Source: an uncultured delta proteobacterium
GTDB lineage: Bacteria; Desulfobacterota; Desulfuromonadia; Desulfuromonadales; BM103
NCBI GenBank assembly: GCA_963715335.1
Contig: CAVQRZ010000033.1
Coordinates: 25,254-89,253 of the forward strand
Reading direction: 5' to 3'
Length of the DNA: 64,000 nucleotides
The position numbers and the translations under genes are program-made. This document shows, one piece after another, positions 61,279-64,000 of this stretch. Within the stretch, counting starts at the first letter, position 1; every line of letters begins with the position of its first letter. The notes beneath the pieces are model-generated. The model had not been told where the DNA came from. It did not search any database and was given only the letters and a program-made list of their open reading frames with translations.

Positions 61279-61315
61279 AAAAAAAGGCCCCGTCGCAAAT
61301 GCGACGGGGCCTTTT
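61279..61315. terminator. Bidirectional terminator between ntrX and the rRNA operon
   Basis: AAAAAAAGGCCCCGTCGCA-aa-TGCGACGGGGCCTTTT. Confidence 0.85.
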
Positions 61316-61322
61316 GAATAAT

Positions 61323-61439
61323 TTCGGCGGCGACCTACTTTCCCACATAGTCACCCATGCAGTATCATCGGCGCAATAGGGCTTAACTTCTGTGTTCGAG
61401 ATGGGAACAGGTGTGACCCCTATGCTATAGCCACCGAAA
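61323..61439 (-). rRNA. rrf: 5S rRNA
   Basis: Reverse complement of the conserved 5S sequence (CGGCGACCTACTTTCCC...CAGTATCATCGGCG...CTTAACTTCTGTGTTCGAGATGGGAACAGGTG). Confidence 0.95.
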
Positions 61440-61555
61440 ACCGTAAACTGGTTTTCAATTGCCTAGAGTTATTTATTGATTGATGCTGGCATACCGCAAA
61501 CTTATGGAAGTTGGGGGGAGGAGAACCTCCCCCCGCCTTCACGTAAAACTTTTTA

Positions 61556-64000
<2,445 letters not shown>

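Overview
Chromosomal window from a GC-rich deltaproteobacterium, most likely Desulfuromonadales (Desulfuromonas/Geobacter relatives), inferred from the gene set. It is mostly housekeeping: rpoH with a CIRCE operator, bamD, a succinyl-CoA:acetate CoA-transferase, ahpC, xerC, glpX, yebC-ruvCAB, queH, lpxC and ntrY/ntrX-like genes, ending in the 3' part of a minus-strand rRNA operon (23S, 5S). Two accessory systems stand out. (1) 21.2-32.5 kb: a four-gene DUF11 operon behind a candidate sigma-54 promoter and a GEMM-I riboswitch with the A20 cyclic AMP-GMP signature. Its domain termini suggest a chaperone-usher-like fibre built by donor-strand complementation and possibly locked by intermolecular Lys-Asn isopeptide bonds. 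(2) 32.7-34.7 kb: a 107-aa RiPP precursor absent from the ORF track, with two in-frame UGA (selenocysteine) codons each followed by a SECIS-like hairpin (the second lies beyond the stop codon), plus a radical SAM/SPASM maturase. Also present: a LuxR with intact AHL-binding residues upstream of an unlisted B12-dependent radical SAM gene, an OmpA-domain remnant with an internal deletion, two copies of a palindromic MITE-like element, heptamer-repeat arrays at gene junctions, and unlisted small ORFs. Several genes carry +1 frameshifts that look more like insertion-type sequencing errors than true decay. All calls are by eye; no database searches were run.
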